Positions 9,766 to 20,440 of a stretch of 64,000 nt of DNA are shown here, in pieces. The position numbers and the translations under genes were made by a program. Within the stretch, counting starts at the first letter, position 1; each line of letters starts with the position of its first letter. The notes under the pieces are model-generated. The model did not search any database. It saw nothing but the letters and a program-made list of their open reading frames with translations, and was not told the DNA's origin. Location: positions 928,001 to 992,000 of the forward strand of contig CAWAUV010000007.1 of assembly GCA_963785305.1 (NCBI GenBank), given 5' to 3'. The stretch comes from an uncultured Planctomycetaceae bacterium (lineage in GTDB: Bacteria > Planctomycetota > Planctomycetia > Pirellulales > PALSA-1355).

Positions 9766-11970
9766 TCAAGTCGTCGTCGTCTGGCTGTTGTTGATGCGCT
9801 CCAGGAACTGGAGCGGCTTCGTCGCGGGCAGGTTGGCGCCGGGGGCCGTTTGAGCCCCGCCGCCGGAAGCGCCGTAGTGCTTGAGTTGGCTTGCGCCGAC
9901 GCCGCCGATGACCGGCGTGCCGCCCGAGGTGGGATTCGTGATCGAGGTAATCACGTTGGCGGTTCCCCCGCTGCTCGCGGTGATGATCGAGGTCGGGCCA
10001 CCGAATGTGATCGTGTGCGTGTGGTCTTGGTGATCGGCGATCTTCGAGGTGTCGAAGTCGTCGGAGCCGGTCGGGGTGTTGCTCGGCGCGGCGCTGCCGC
10101 CACGTGGGATGAAGCCGCCGCCATAGTAGCCGGTGTTGCCGCTTACCATGTTGATGCCCGAGCCGCCGTTGGCGGTCGAGTTGGCCGTGCCGTCCATGTT
10201 GGCCCAGCCCGGTGCGCTGCTTAAGGCGGCGCCCATGCGGACCGTGCCGATCGGGTCGTCGAGCACGTCGCTCGTGGCGATCGCCGTCAAGCCCCTGAAC
10301 GACACGCCGCTGGTGTTCACGAGTGTCGAGTCCTGCTCGTAGAACAACTCGACGCCGCTGGAGCCGATGCTCGGGAGCCGGGGCGAAAACGCGCTCACGA
10401 TGTCGGTCAGGCAGTACACGCGAAACTTGACATTCGAGCCGCTAATCAATTCGCAAGGCAAATAGGGCTGCACTCCGTAGCTCGATCCGACCCAGCCGGC
10501 GATCGTCTTGGCTCCGCGCCGCGTGAGCCCATTGCCCTTGGCGCTGGCGGTGAAGAGCGGGCGCGGATCGCTCGTGCCGCCCACGCCGCCAGGGTAAGGA
10601 TCGTAGCTGCCGGCCGGGAACGCGAAGAGCTGCTCGTACAAGAGAAAAAAGATCGGCGGCGCGACGTAGCAGGTTTCGCTCCCGCTCGGCGCGACCCCGG
10701 CCGCGATGGAATAATCTTGCCCCGGCATGTCGGAGCAGGCGAACCAGACCTTGCGGCCGTCGGCCGTGTAGCAATCGTAGTATCCCAGGCTCGATGGCTG
10801 GCCATAGGTCGCGTTCGAGATGATGAGCGTGGCGCCTTGCGATGCTCCGGCCCCGGCGCGGCAGAAATAGAGTGGCCGCGGGCTGCTCGTGCCGCCCACG
10901 TTGCCGGGGTAGGGATCGTAGCTGCCCACGAGCTGGGCCTCGTAGCGATCGCCGCACAGAATCACGGGCGGGCTGGGAGTCGTGCCGTAGCTGCCGCCGA
11001 TGTTCTGGAACGAGCCGTCGAGAAAGTAGAGCCACGCCGACACGCCCGCGCTGAATTGTCCGACCGAGTTACCGAAGGTTTGCGTATCGACGGTCACATC
11101 GAAAAACGGCCCGCTCGTCACGCTGGGGAGCACGGGTTGCCCGGTGGCGGGCGAGCCGCTGATGCCCGGCGGGGCGGTGTTCGAGTTGATTCGCACCACG
11201 TCGCTTTGCGAGCCCTTGCGCACGGCGTAAAGCGGGAGCGTGACTCCTGGCGATGATCCGACCGTGTAGGAGCCAACCAAGATACCGATGTACATTTCGC
11301 CGTTGATGAGCGTGGGGCTGGGCGTGCCCGAGCCGCCGATGCCATCGAGGTCGAGAATCCAGCATGTGGGCTGGCCGCTGGTCGAGAGCGTGGGCGTGGG
11401 GTTCGGCGAGAAGCGATTGCCGCCGGTGTCGTTGGCGAAGGTGGGCGCCGTCGTTTGCGGCGTGACGATCGCGCCGGCCCACACCGCTTGGCCATAAGGA
11501 TCGCTCGGCGTGGCGAGCGTGACGCCGGGGGTGTCGATGACTTGCACGACCGCGGTGGTCGAACTGGCGCCGGCGGGTGAGACCAACATCGTCTGGGCTG
11601 TGCTATCGATCACGCCGAGCACGATGAAGCCGTTGGCGGCGCCGGCCGAACCCTTGGTGAGCGACCATTGGCCGCTCTTGGGAATCCAGGTATCGCCCAA
11701 GGCCGGCGTGGCGCTTGAGTCGTAAGTGGCGAGCAAGGGAAAATCTTGCGTGCATTGCCCCTGGGTCCCGGCGGCGACTTGCTGCAAGCCATTGAAAGCG
11801 AACGGCCCGGCGGAAGTGAATTGCCCGCACTCGAGCACCGCCTGACCTTCGTCGAGCGTCACTCCGCCGATGGCCAAGCATGCGCAGGCCGGCGCCGCGG
11901 CGCTGGATTCGGTATTGGTAAATGGCAACCAGCGAACTCGATCGAGCGGCGTGGGAGTGGAGACGGACAT
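9766..11970 (-). CDS. Phage tail fibre-like protein (734 aa) with internal repeats and a C-terminal tail-collar-like segment
   Basis: G/S/T/P-rich; repeated GSY...(R)PL(Y/F) modules; C-terminal PIGTVRM...APGWANMDG followed by DHQDHTHTI, resembling tail-collar fibre tips. Confidence 0.6.
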   Translation of the reverse strand: MSVSTPTPLDRVRWLPFTNTESSAAAPACACLAIGGVTLDEGQAVLECGQFTSAGPFAFNGLQQVAAGTQGQCTQDFPLLATYDSSATPALGDTWIPKSGQWSLTKGSAGAANGFIVLGVIDSTAQTMLVSPAGASSTTAVVQVIDTPGVTLATPSDPYGQAVWAGAIVTPQTTAPTFANDTGGNRFSPNPTPTLSTSGQPTCWILDLDGIGGSGTPSPTLINGEMYIGILVGSYTVGSSPGVTLPLYAVRKGSQSDVVRINSNTAPPGISGSPATGQPVLPSVTSGPFFDVTVDTQTFGNSVGQFSAGVSAWLYFLDGSFQNIGGSYGTTPSPPVILCGDRYEAQLVGSYDPYPGNVGGTSSPRPLYFCRAGAGASQGATLIISNATYGQPSSLGYYDCYTADGRKVWFACSDMPGQDYSIAAGVAPSGSETCYVAPPIFFLLYEQLFAFPAGSYDPYPGGVGGTSDPRPLFTASAKGNGLTRRGAKTIAGWVGSSYGVQPYLPCELISGSNVKFRVYCLTDIVSAFSPRLPSIGSSGVELFYEQDSTLVNTSGVSFRGLTAIATSDVLDDPIGTVRMGAALSSAPGWANMDGTANSTANGGSGINMVSGNTGYYGGGFIPRGGSAAPSNTPTGSDDFDTSKIADHQDHTHTITFGGPTSIITASSGGTANVITSITNPTSGGTPVIGGVGASQLKHYGASGGGAQTAPGANLPATKPLQFLERINNSQTTTT

Positions 11971-12018
11971 GATCTTCCAAAACCTTCGGTTTGCGAGAAT
12001 TCGAGTTCGCCGAGCGGC

Positions 12019-13269
12019 TTACGAACGTTGCAGCGAGTAATTGGCGCCGAAGTCGATATCGGCCGCCGCGTCGGGATTCGACACGCCGATTGGGTTGGTG
12101 AATGTGACCCGCTGGCCTGGATCGAGCAGTTTGTATTTGCCGTTGAGGCTGGTGCTGGTTCCGGTCAAGCCGCTTCCACCGCGGCGAAAGTCGGCCGTGG
12201 CGTTGTCGCCCACGGTGAGACTGGTATAGGAAACGATTTCGCCGACCAGGAGCGAGCCGGCGCCGTAAATGGCGATCGCGCCCTGGGCGCCGGCGTTGAG
12301 CGTGGTTTGGCCCGCGCCGTTTTGGGTGAGCGCGGCGACGCCGGAATTGACTTCGAGCGCGCCGCCGGTTTTGCTGATCGTGGTCGCCGTGCAGCCGGCG
12401 CCGAGCCGCACATCGGTGTCGCCCGACTGATTGCTTTGCCATTCCTGGTTGAGCACATGGATCGTGGCGGTTTCACCGGCGAAATTGGCGGCGGCAAACG
12501 AGCCTTTCGAGATGCTGATATTGTTGACGCCGGAGCCGATCCACAGGATCGACTTGACACCGGTTTCGGCCGGCGATCCGGCGCCGGTGATAAAGAGCGA
12601 GGCGCCGGCGGCGCCGGTGTCGAGCTTGAAGCGGCCCGAGCCGGGACTGAGCGAAGCGGCGTCGACGCCGATCCGCCAATACTGCGGCAGATATTCGGCC
12701 ACCTGCACCCCGCCAGCCACGCCGCGATTTCTCGGCAAGCCCACGAAGCCGGTAAACGTCGAATCGACATAGAGCGCCGCGAGTTGCACGCTCGACATAT
12801 CGAGCCCATGGAGGAGCGACACGGCGCTGTTCGTGAGATACACCGCGTCGCCGGTCTGCGGCGCCACTCCGCCCGACCAATTGGCCGCCACATTGGCGAA
12901 GTTCGGACCGCTGGCCGGCGTGGTGTCGGTCCAGGCGAGCGCCCCGGAGCCGGAGTTGCCGGGCCCGAGGCTCGTTTCGAAGTCGAAGGGCGTTCCCGGT
13001 TGGCCGGTGAGCGTCAACGAATCGGCGCCGCCATAGCTGACCGCGATGCCCGTGATTTCAGGCACGCTATTTGGGCTGAGCGCTTGCAGCGTGGCGGCGA
13101 GTCCCGCGGCCACGCTCGCGGCGGTGGGGCTCGCCGGCGCGGTGTACGAAAAGACCTTGGCGCCGACCGTGATTGAAAACAGATCGCCCGCGGCCGGAGC
13201 GCCGCTCACGGTGAATACGCGAACTTGCTGTGTCGCCAGCGCCGAGCCGAGCCAAATACGTGTCGCCAT
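12019..13269 (-). CDS. Phage-like structural protein (416 aa), beta-rich, probably with a beta-helix C-terminal part
   Basis: MATRIWLGSALATQQV..., ANWSGGVAPQTGDAVYL motif followed by G/S/T-rich short repeats; GGAG RBS; co-oriented in the operon. Confidence 0.55.
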   Translation of the reverse strand: MATRIWLGSALATQQVRVFTVSGAPAAGDLFSITVGAKVFSYTAPASPTAASVAAGLAATLQALSPNSVPEITGIAVSYGGADSLTLTGQPGTPFDFETSLGPGNSGSGALAWTDTTPASGPNFANVAANWSGGVAPQTGDAVYLTNSAVSLLHGLDMSSVQLAALYVDSTFTGFVGLPRNRGVAGGVQVAEYLPQYWRIGVDAASLSPGSGRFKLDTGAAGASLFITGAGSPAETGVKSILWIGSGVNNISISKGSFAAANFAGETATIHVLNQEWQSNQSGDTDVRLGAGCTATTISKTGGALEVNSGVAALTQNGAGQTTLNAGAQGAIAIYGAGSLLVGEIVSYTSLTVGDNATADFRRGGSGLTGTSTSLNGKYKLLDPGQRVTFTNPIGVSNPDAAADIDFGANYSLQRS

Positions 13270-13324
13270 GAGGATATCTCCGTTCTCTTTGCGAGTGCGC
13301 GTGTTTGTAAACGTCGAGCGGTCG

Positions 13325-14071
13325 TCAACTGCTCCAGAAGTTGGGCGTGCCCGCGAGCGGCGCCGTGTCCTCGAAGCGATAACTCCAGGTCGTGCGAAAA
13401 TTGCAGTAGGCGATATTGAGCGGCCCCATTCGTTCGGGACTCGCTTGCGACACCGCGCAAGCCTCGGGCCGCAGCGCATAGGGCCACAGCGGCGCGGGCG
13501 GCGACACATAGCCGAGCGAGCCCACGGCATAGCCGCTTTGAGTCGCCTTGTAGGTCGTTTGCTCGAATAGTAATTGCCTTTGCGGCGGACCGGTGAGCGT
13601 TTGCAAAAACACATACTCCGGCCCGCCGCCGAACCATTCGATCACTTCCCGCCATTCGGCCACTCCGGCCACGAGATTGGGAACAACGCCTTCGACCGCC
13701 AATTCGTAGTTGCGAAACGTGGAATACTCGGCCCCGCGACCCGCGGGATAGGAAACCGGCGAAGTGACTTTGATTCCCCCCAAGGTGTCGGCGCTCAGCA
13801 ACACATGTTCGGTCGGCGAGCCATCGTCTTGATAGAGCCCGAAATCGTGGCCATCGACCGCATAGGCTTGTTCGAGCGCGGCGAGCGCCAGGGTCATGGC
13901 GGCTTGATTGGCCACGGGATCGCCTTGGTCCTCGATCTGCAGACGACCTTGCACTTCGTAGCGCAGCCGCACTCCGGTGAGCGTGCTCGCGCGAGAATAA
14001 ATCGATTGCTTCGAGACACGCAGCGCGCCTTCGCCCACCGCATGTTGATAATTGCCATATTGGATATACAT
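13325..14071 (-). CDS. Phage-like hypothetical protein (248 aa), possible distal-tail-type protein
   Basis: Intact ORF 6 nt after the upstream gene; size, position and beta-alpha-beta layout suggest a tube-fold/Dit protein (inference only). Confidence 0.5.
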   Translation of the reverse strand: MYIQYGNYQHAVGEGALRVSKQSIYSRASTLTGVRLRYEVQGRLQIEDQGDPVANQAAMTLALAALEQAYAVDGHDFGLYQDDGSPTEHVLLSADTLGGIKVTSPVSYPAGRGAEYSTFRNYELAVEGVVPNLVAGVAEWREVIEWFGGGPEYVFLQTLTGPPQRQLLFEQTTYKATQSGYAVGSLGYVSPPAPLWPYALRPEACAVSQASPERMGPLNIAYCNFRTTWSYRFEDTAPLAGTPNFWSS

Positions 14072-14077
14072 GGGAGA

Positions 14078-15739
14078 TCAAGCGATGTTGCGGTTTTGGA
14101 GTTGCCGGAGAAGAACCGCGGGCCGCTCGCGCTCGGCCCGGCGCGTTAGTCCGCGCTGCCGTTCACTCGCGCGGCGCTGGCTGAAGTTGGGGCCAAGCCG
14201 CTGCGATTCTTGGTTGTAGCTGGCGGTGGTGGTGGCTCCGCCGGGTCCGCCGCGCCAGACCACTTGCTGAATCGAACCATCGAGTTCGATCGGCAGAATG
14301 CCCGCATAGCGCACGGTTCGCGGCGAGTTTTGGCCGAGGACATTCGCCAGGCCGGCCAAGAGCGCGTCGCACTGGGCGTTTACCGAGTCGGCGTTGTTCA
14401 CGCTGCCCGAGGGAATCTGGCCGTTGTAGCGGGGTGTCACCGCATACACGATTTCATCATGCGGTTCATGGAGCGCGAGCGAATCGGAATCGCCGCCATT
14501 TTGGCCGCGGGTGTAACGTGTCCAGGCGCCGGTTTCCGCGTCGCGAATGCTCACCGCGGCGCGCAAATAGAGCGTCGCGGCCACGGGCTCCAGTGGCGCC
14601 GCCGAGTTTTGATTCCGATACACCTGCTCGCGAAACCAAACGATCCCACGCTGGCAATCGAGCACGAACGGCCGCCGATAAAACGCCGCCGACGGAAGCT
14701 GGCCAAAATCGGTCGGCGGACTGGCGACGTTGTTGGCCGCGGTTTCCACATCCGTGCAGAATTGGCCGAACACGACCGCCGGCGCGCTCGAAGTGTCGCC
14801 GGCGTCGTCGGTCTCGAGCGTCACTTGCACGCTTTCGAGCGGCGTAATCTGATCGAGCGCTTCGACTTGGCCGAACTCCGCGACCGCGAACGGCGCCGCG
14901 ACACGGTATGCGCGAAACACCCATCGCCGCGCGAGCGGCCGGCTCGCCGTCTCGACGGCCCGGAAGTCCACGAGATCGACTGTTTGCCAACCGTCGTCGG
15001 GCGCATAACTCATATCGTCGATCGGGCCGAGCGATCCATCGACATCGGCCGCCACCGGTTCCAGCGGCAGATCGACTTGATAACGATTCGGAGCGCATAC
15101 GATCGCCGCGGAAGCAATCGGCCGAGGCGAAGTGATGGCCAGGCTGTTTTCCATCACGGTCTCGTCGATCGCGAGCGAAGCGCCTTGCCCGACGACGCAG
15201 ATTTTGACCGTGTCGTCGGTCCGCAGCACGACGCGCAGGCCAAATTGATCGCAGAGCGCCGCGAGCGCGTCGGCCGGCGGCTCTCCCTCCCAGACGACGG
15301 TCGGATTGCCCACGTCGGGCACATCGCCCACGTCGTAGCCATCTTCGTCCAGCGCGTCGAGACACAGCGACACGAGTTGGGCGAGCGATTGGAGAATGGC
15401 GTCGGAGCGGAGCGAGTTGTCGCCGTTGCGCGAGTTGTATGCGCCGGCGATTTGCCCGAAGCCTTGCCACATCCAGCGGCGATCGAGGATCGTGAGCATC
15501 CAGACCATGCCGGCCGAAGATTGACGATAATCGGCCCGCTCGATCTTGCAGTCGGAAAACCCAAATGCGACCGCGCCGAACTCGATCTCGAAGTCGCCGA
15601 TCTGGGCGATGAAATCGTCTTGCGGCGCCGTGGTCAGCGTGAACACGCTGGGGCTGATGCCATGCCGCAGCGCGACGCTCCAGGCCGCCACTTGATCGAC
15701 GCCCGGAAATGTCGCGAGTCCCTGAGGTTCGCCGGTCAT
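14078..15739 (-). CDS. Phage-like protein (553 aa), possible baseplate hub/Tal-type
   Basis: LTILDRRWMW...LAQLVSLCLDAL...PADALAALCDQFGLRVVLRTDDTVKI resembles the hub-protein layout; terminal IQQVVWR...TTTAS strand pair; GGAGGGG RBS. Confidence 0.55.
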   Translation of the reverse strand: MTGEPQGLATFPGVDQVAAWSVALRHGISPSVFTLTTAPQDDFIAQIGDFEIEFGAVAFGFSDCKIERADYRQSSAGMVWMLTILDRRWMWQGFGQIAGAYNSRNGDNSLRSDAILQSLAQLVSLCLDALDEDGYDVGDVPDVGNPTVVWEGEPPADALAALCDQFGLRVVLRTDDTVKICVVGQGASLAIDETVMENSLAITSPRPIASAAIVCAPNRYQVDLPLEPVAADVDGSLGPIDDMSYAPDDGWQTVDLVDFRAVETASRPLARRWVFRAYRVAAPFAVAEFGQVEALDQITPLESVQVTLETDDAGDTSSAPAVVFGQFCTDVETAANNVASPPTDFGQLPSAAFYRRPFVLDCQRGIVWFREQVYRNQNSAAPLEPVAATLYLRAAVSIRDAETGAWTRYTRGQNGGDSDSLALHEPHDEIVYAVTPRYNGQIPSGSVNNADSVNAQCDALLAGLANVLGQNSPRTVRYAGILPIELDGSIQQVVWRGGPGGATTTASYNQESQRLGPNFSQRRASERQRGLTRRAERERPAVLLRQLQNRNIA

Positions 15740-16279
15740 GGAAGTCCCCTCCGAGGCAATCGGTCCGCGGCGGATCACGGAAGAGAAACGATTGCGTCCG
15801 CCGGGCGGGAACTTTATCAGGTGTGTCGCGACTTTTCCGCCAGCAAAACCGAGCCACTCGACCGCGATCCGCCGTGGGGGGTGGTGAACGATTTGCGAGT
15901 TCATGTTGGTGGCGACCATGAAACGCCGTTACATTGGTCGGAGCGACTAACAGGCGAATTGCGCCGGCGACGTCCGACGCGTCGTTTGCAATGGACTTAC
16001 GCTCGGCGCCGGGCCTGACAAGGTCCCTCGCTCGGTTTTGAATCGACGGCGAACGCATCGCGTTTTTTTCATGACAATGGACAGCCCCTTTTACTTCCAC
16101 GATCTCGCTCGATGGCAAGACCCGGAGGGAGGGGCAGTCGGAAAAGGAGCTCGTCGGCGAAAAATCCGCATCGACGGCTAAATTGCTGACAGGCGGCGAG
16201 CGGGCGGTTAAAATCGGGGGCGTGGCGAACGCGCCCTACTGCTCGTTGCTCGCACCCGCCCTCCATCCTTCCGCGACCG

Positions 16280-18791
16280 ATGTTCTCCATGCCGCGATCA
16301 CTTCATTGTCGCTGGGCCGCCTGGAATCGGCCTGGGCGAACACGGCTTTTCACTCTGCTCTGGCTTGCCGCATTGGCGCCGGCGATTACCTGGGCCGAGG
16401 AAGCGCCCGTGGCGCCGTCGCCCGCGGCTTTGCCTCCCGCGTCGCCCGACGGCGCTTTGTTCGACGAAGCCGTGGCGCCATTCTTGAAAACGCATTGCAT
16501 GCGTTGCCACGGCGAAAAAGAGCAGAAGGGCGAGCTGCGCATCGATACCCTTTCGCGCGACTTCGCCGCCAGCGGCGCCGCGGTGCATTGGGGCGATGTG
16601 GCCTATCGAATCAGCACCGGCGAAATGCCGCCCGAGCCCGAGCCCCAGCCCAGCGCCGACGAGGCCGCGCGCGTGGCCGAGTTTCTCGATGCGCGGCTCA
16701 AGGAGGGTGAATCGGCTCGGCTCGCGAAGCGCGAAAGGGTCACCTTCCACAAGCTCACTCGCGAAGAGTACGCCAACACGATCTTCGACCTCCTAGGTAT
16801 TCGATTCGATCCTGGCGATCCGAATTGCTTGCCCGAAGACCCGAACTGGCACGGCTTCGAGCGGATCGGCTCGGTGCTGTCGCTTTCGCCGGCGCATGTC
16901 GAAAGATACTTCGCCGCCGCCGACGCGATTCTCGATGAGGCCCTGCCCGACAAGCCGCCCGCCAAGCTCGCGCTCCGCTGGCTACCGTCGGACTTTCACC
17001 GGATCAATGGTCTCGATGAGCTCAAGGCCAAGGGCCTGTTCGATAAGATTCGTCTCGATGTGTGGGCCGGTAGCACCTTCACCGGCCATCCCGGCTCGAA
17101 CCAGGCGCTCCAGATTCCCAGCTCCGGCGAATACATTGGCCGCGTCAAGCTTAGCGGCTTCAAGCCGCCGACCGGGCGAGCGCCGCATGTGGTGATCTAC
17201 TCGTCCGATCTGGACCGGATGCTATTCGAGCAAGACGTGATCGCTCCGGAAGACCAGCCGGTGACGCTCGAATTTCGCACCCATTTGCCCGCCGGTCCGC
17301 ACCTGTTGCGGCTTTGCAATGAAGTGCCGGCCCCCTCGAACTTGGGCCGCCTGGGTCGCTCGGGCGCCAAGCCGTTTTTCAGCATCAAGCAGGGCCGATT
17401 TCCTTGGCAGCGCAAACTGACCGATGAAGAGGGCGTGGCCCTCGAGCCGTTTTTGATCGTCGATTGGGTCGAGTGGGAAGGACCCGTGACCGAGTCCCAG
17501 CCGACCACGATCGAACGGCAATATGGTCTCGTGTCCGACGCCGATGCCGCGCAGGCAAAAGCGGCGCTGGGCCGATTCATCGAACGGGCCTTTCGCCGAC
17601 CGGCGCGCTCCGAGGAAGTCGAGGACTTCACGCGCCTGATGGACCGCGAACTTTCGGCCGGCGAAACCGTTCGCGGCGCGCTCTGCGCGGCCATGCTCGC
17701 CGTGCTCTGCTCGAAGGATTTTATTTATCTCGTCGAAGGCTCGCCCAGCGAAAATGCGCAAGATCAACTCCTGGGAACTCGCCTCGCGGCTGTCGTATTT
17801 CCTTTGGAGCACGATGCCCGACGCATCGCTGCTCGTGGCCGCGCGCGATGGCTCGCTCGGCCGTCCCGAAGTGCTGCGGGCTCAAGTCGCGCGCATGCTC
17901 GCCGACGAGCGGATTTCGCGGTTTACGAGCGCCTTTGCCCGGCAATGGCTTCAGTTGCGCCTAGTCGGCCAGTTCCCGCCCGATAAGAAACTCTATCCCG
18001 ACTACGACACCTACTTGCAAACGAGCATGGTCGAGGAAACGACGCGCTTCTTCGGCGAGACGTTGCGCGAGAAACGGACCTTGCGCGAGTTTCTCGATTC
18101 GGATTGGACAATGCTTAATTCCCGGCTTGCCTTGCACTATGGCATCGCCGGCGTGGAAGAAGACCGATTTCAGCGCGTGGCGCTGAGGCCGGAAGATCAT
18201 CGCGGCGGACTGCTCACCCAGGCCGCGGTGCTGAGCCTTACTTCCGACGGCACGCGGCATCGGCCGGTGCATCGCGGCAAATGGGTCTTGGAGTCGATCA
18301 TTGGCCGCTCGCCTCCGCCGCCGCCCGCCAATGTCAAGCCGGTGGAGCCGACACCGGCGAACCGGCCGAAGGCCAGTTTGCGCATGAAGCTGGCGGCCCA
18401 TGAGAGCGACGCGAATTGCGCGGCCTGCCATCGCAAGATCGACCCGCTGGGTCTGGCGTTTGACAACTACGACGCGATCGGCCGCTGGCGAACCGAAGAA
18501 GCGGTGACCGATGGCAGCGGCGCGAACCCGGCCGTCGACGCCAGCGGCGCCCTGGCCGATGGGCGCACATTCGACGACGCGGTTGGGCTCAAGCGCCTCT
18601 TGCTCGGCGATCTCGATAAGTTCAACGCCGCATTCATCGAAAAAACCGCCACCTACGCCCTTCGCCGGGCAATGACGGTCGACGACCGCGCCCGGCTCGC
18701 CGAACTGGCCCGGCAAAGCAAGGCCGCCGATTATCAGGTGGAAGCGATTATCATGAATCTGGTGCTTTCCGATCTTTTTCAGAGCCGATAG
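16280..18791 (+). CDS. Planctomycete cytochrome c / DUF1587-1595-1592-1588-1585 (PSD) protein (frameshift ~17755)
   Basis: CMRCH haem motif, KLTREEYANTIFDLLG, ELASRLSYFLWSTMPD, RGGLLTQA, PVHRGKWV, CAACHRKIDPLG. Confidence 0.9.
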
Positions 18792-18947
18792 AAACAATCG
18801 CCGGAGTAGCCGAACAATTTCGCCCTTTGTGGAGAGCGCGTGACCGCTGGCGCCGCCAACGACAATGTCGTTTGCGATATAACGAGTCGACGGCGAACTA
18901 TTTTTCGAACCATCCTCGAGTCTCGAACCCTCGAAAGACACCCAAGC

Positions 18948-20349
18948 ATGAGCGGATTTCTCGCACAACGATGGCTGCTCGATCGTCGGCACTTTCTCCG
19001 CGGCGCCGGGGCTTGCGTGGCGCTGCCGCTCTTGAACTGCATGACTCCGTCGAGGGCCAAAGCCGCCGACCGGGCCGCCCCGCCGCGCCGAAGCGTTTTC
19101 GTCTATATTCCCAACGGCGTGAATGTGCTCACCTGGCAGATCACCTCGGCTGGACGCGACTATGAACTAAGCGAACCACTCAAGCCGCTCCAGCGCCATC
19201 GCGAGAACTTCACTCCGTTCAGCGGGCTTCATCACCCAAACGGCATCGGACAGGCCCATGTGTGCGCCGACACTTGGCTCACGGGCGCCAAGATCAGCAT
19301 GGAAGGCGCCGGTTACCACAATTCGGTCTCCTGCGACCAGTTGATGGCCGAAGTCACTTCGCCGAAGACGCGTTTCGCCTCGCTCGAGCTTTCGATCACG
19401 CCGGGCGTGGGTCAACCGAACAATTCGACCACGCTGGCTTGGTCGCGCGATGGCGTGCCGCTGCCGGCCGAGGACAATCCGCGCCATGTGTTCGATCGCC
19501 TGTTCGGTCAGGAGCCGGGTGGCATCGAGGCGCGGCGCCGCCGGCTCGATCGACGCCACGGCGTGCTCGACGCGGTGCTCGAAAGCGCTCGCTCGCTACG
19601 GCAAACGCTCGGCGCCGAGGATCGCGGCAAGCTCGATGAATATCTGACGCGCCGTGCGCGAGGTGGAGATTCGCACCGAGCGTCTCGATGCTTGGCTCAC
19701 GATTCCCAAGCCCGATGTCGAGCCGTCGCTCGCCGCGCATTTGCGGCGCGATGTGCCCCGCACGCAAGCCGGCGAATACTACCGCACGATGTACGATCTG
19801 ATCCTGCTCGCCCTGCGCACCGATATGACGCGCGTGGTTTCCTACATGAGCGGCAGCGAGGGCATCGGGCTGCCGCTGCCCGAGATCGGCATCAGCCAAG
19901 GCCGGCATGAGCTTTCGCATCACAATGGCGACCCGGAAATCATGAAGCGGCTCACGCGGAGCGACACCTTCATCGCCGAGCAGCTTGCCTATTTTCTCGA
20001 TCAACTCCAGTCCATTTCCGAGGGCGAATCCTCGTTGCTCGATCGCACGATGGTGCTCTTCGGCAGCGGAATGAGCTACGGCCACAGCCACGGCAACGCC
20101 AATTTGCCGACGATTCTCGCGGGCGGCAAGGCGCTCGGCCTGAAGCATGGCCAGCACATCGACTACAACCTCCCCAAGATCGGCAAATACGATCTGGCCA
20201 ACGCCGGCGGTCACTATTCGATCTGCCACACGCCCCAAGACGGCAATGCGCGTATGACGAACCTCTTGCTCACGATGCTTCAGAAAATGGAAGTGCCGGC
20301 CGAGCGGTTCGTCGACAGCCTGGGCCCCGTCTCGGAACTGATCGCCTGA
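18948..20349 (+). CDS. DUF1552 domain protein (frameshift ~19650)
   Basis: [17 protein letters not shown]at-like leader, [40 protein letters not shown]; the usual partner of DUF1592 genes. Confidence 0.9.
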
Positions 20350-20440
20350 ATCACGCGCGGTTTTTTCCTCGCGGCCGCGTCGGCGCGGCCACCACAGTTT
20401 GTGTTTCCTCCATCGCGTCTTTTGGAATTTGCAATCCAGC

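Noticed and set aside
10555..10927. Near-identical repeat pair in a fibre-like gene as a possible DGR template/variable repeat
   Set aside because: Both copies are in-frame within the CDS, mismatches are not adenine-specific (C>T and G>C at third positions), and no reverse transcriptase is in the window.
9766..15739. Complete prophage, or a contractile injection system/T6SS
   Set aside because: No integrase, head, terminase, sheath, tube or lysis genes are recognisable.
14210..16118. Long alternative ORFs (14210-16018 +, 14466-16118 -) and similar ones such as 11746-13176, 55841-57466 and 60978-62447
   Set aside because: Arg/Ala-rich shadow frames of real genes, expected in high-GC DNA.
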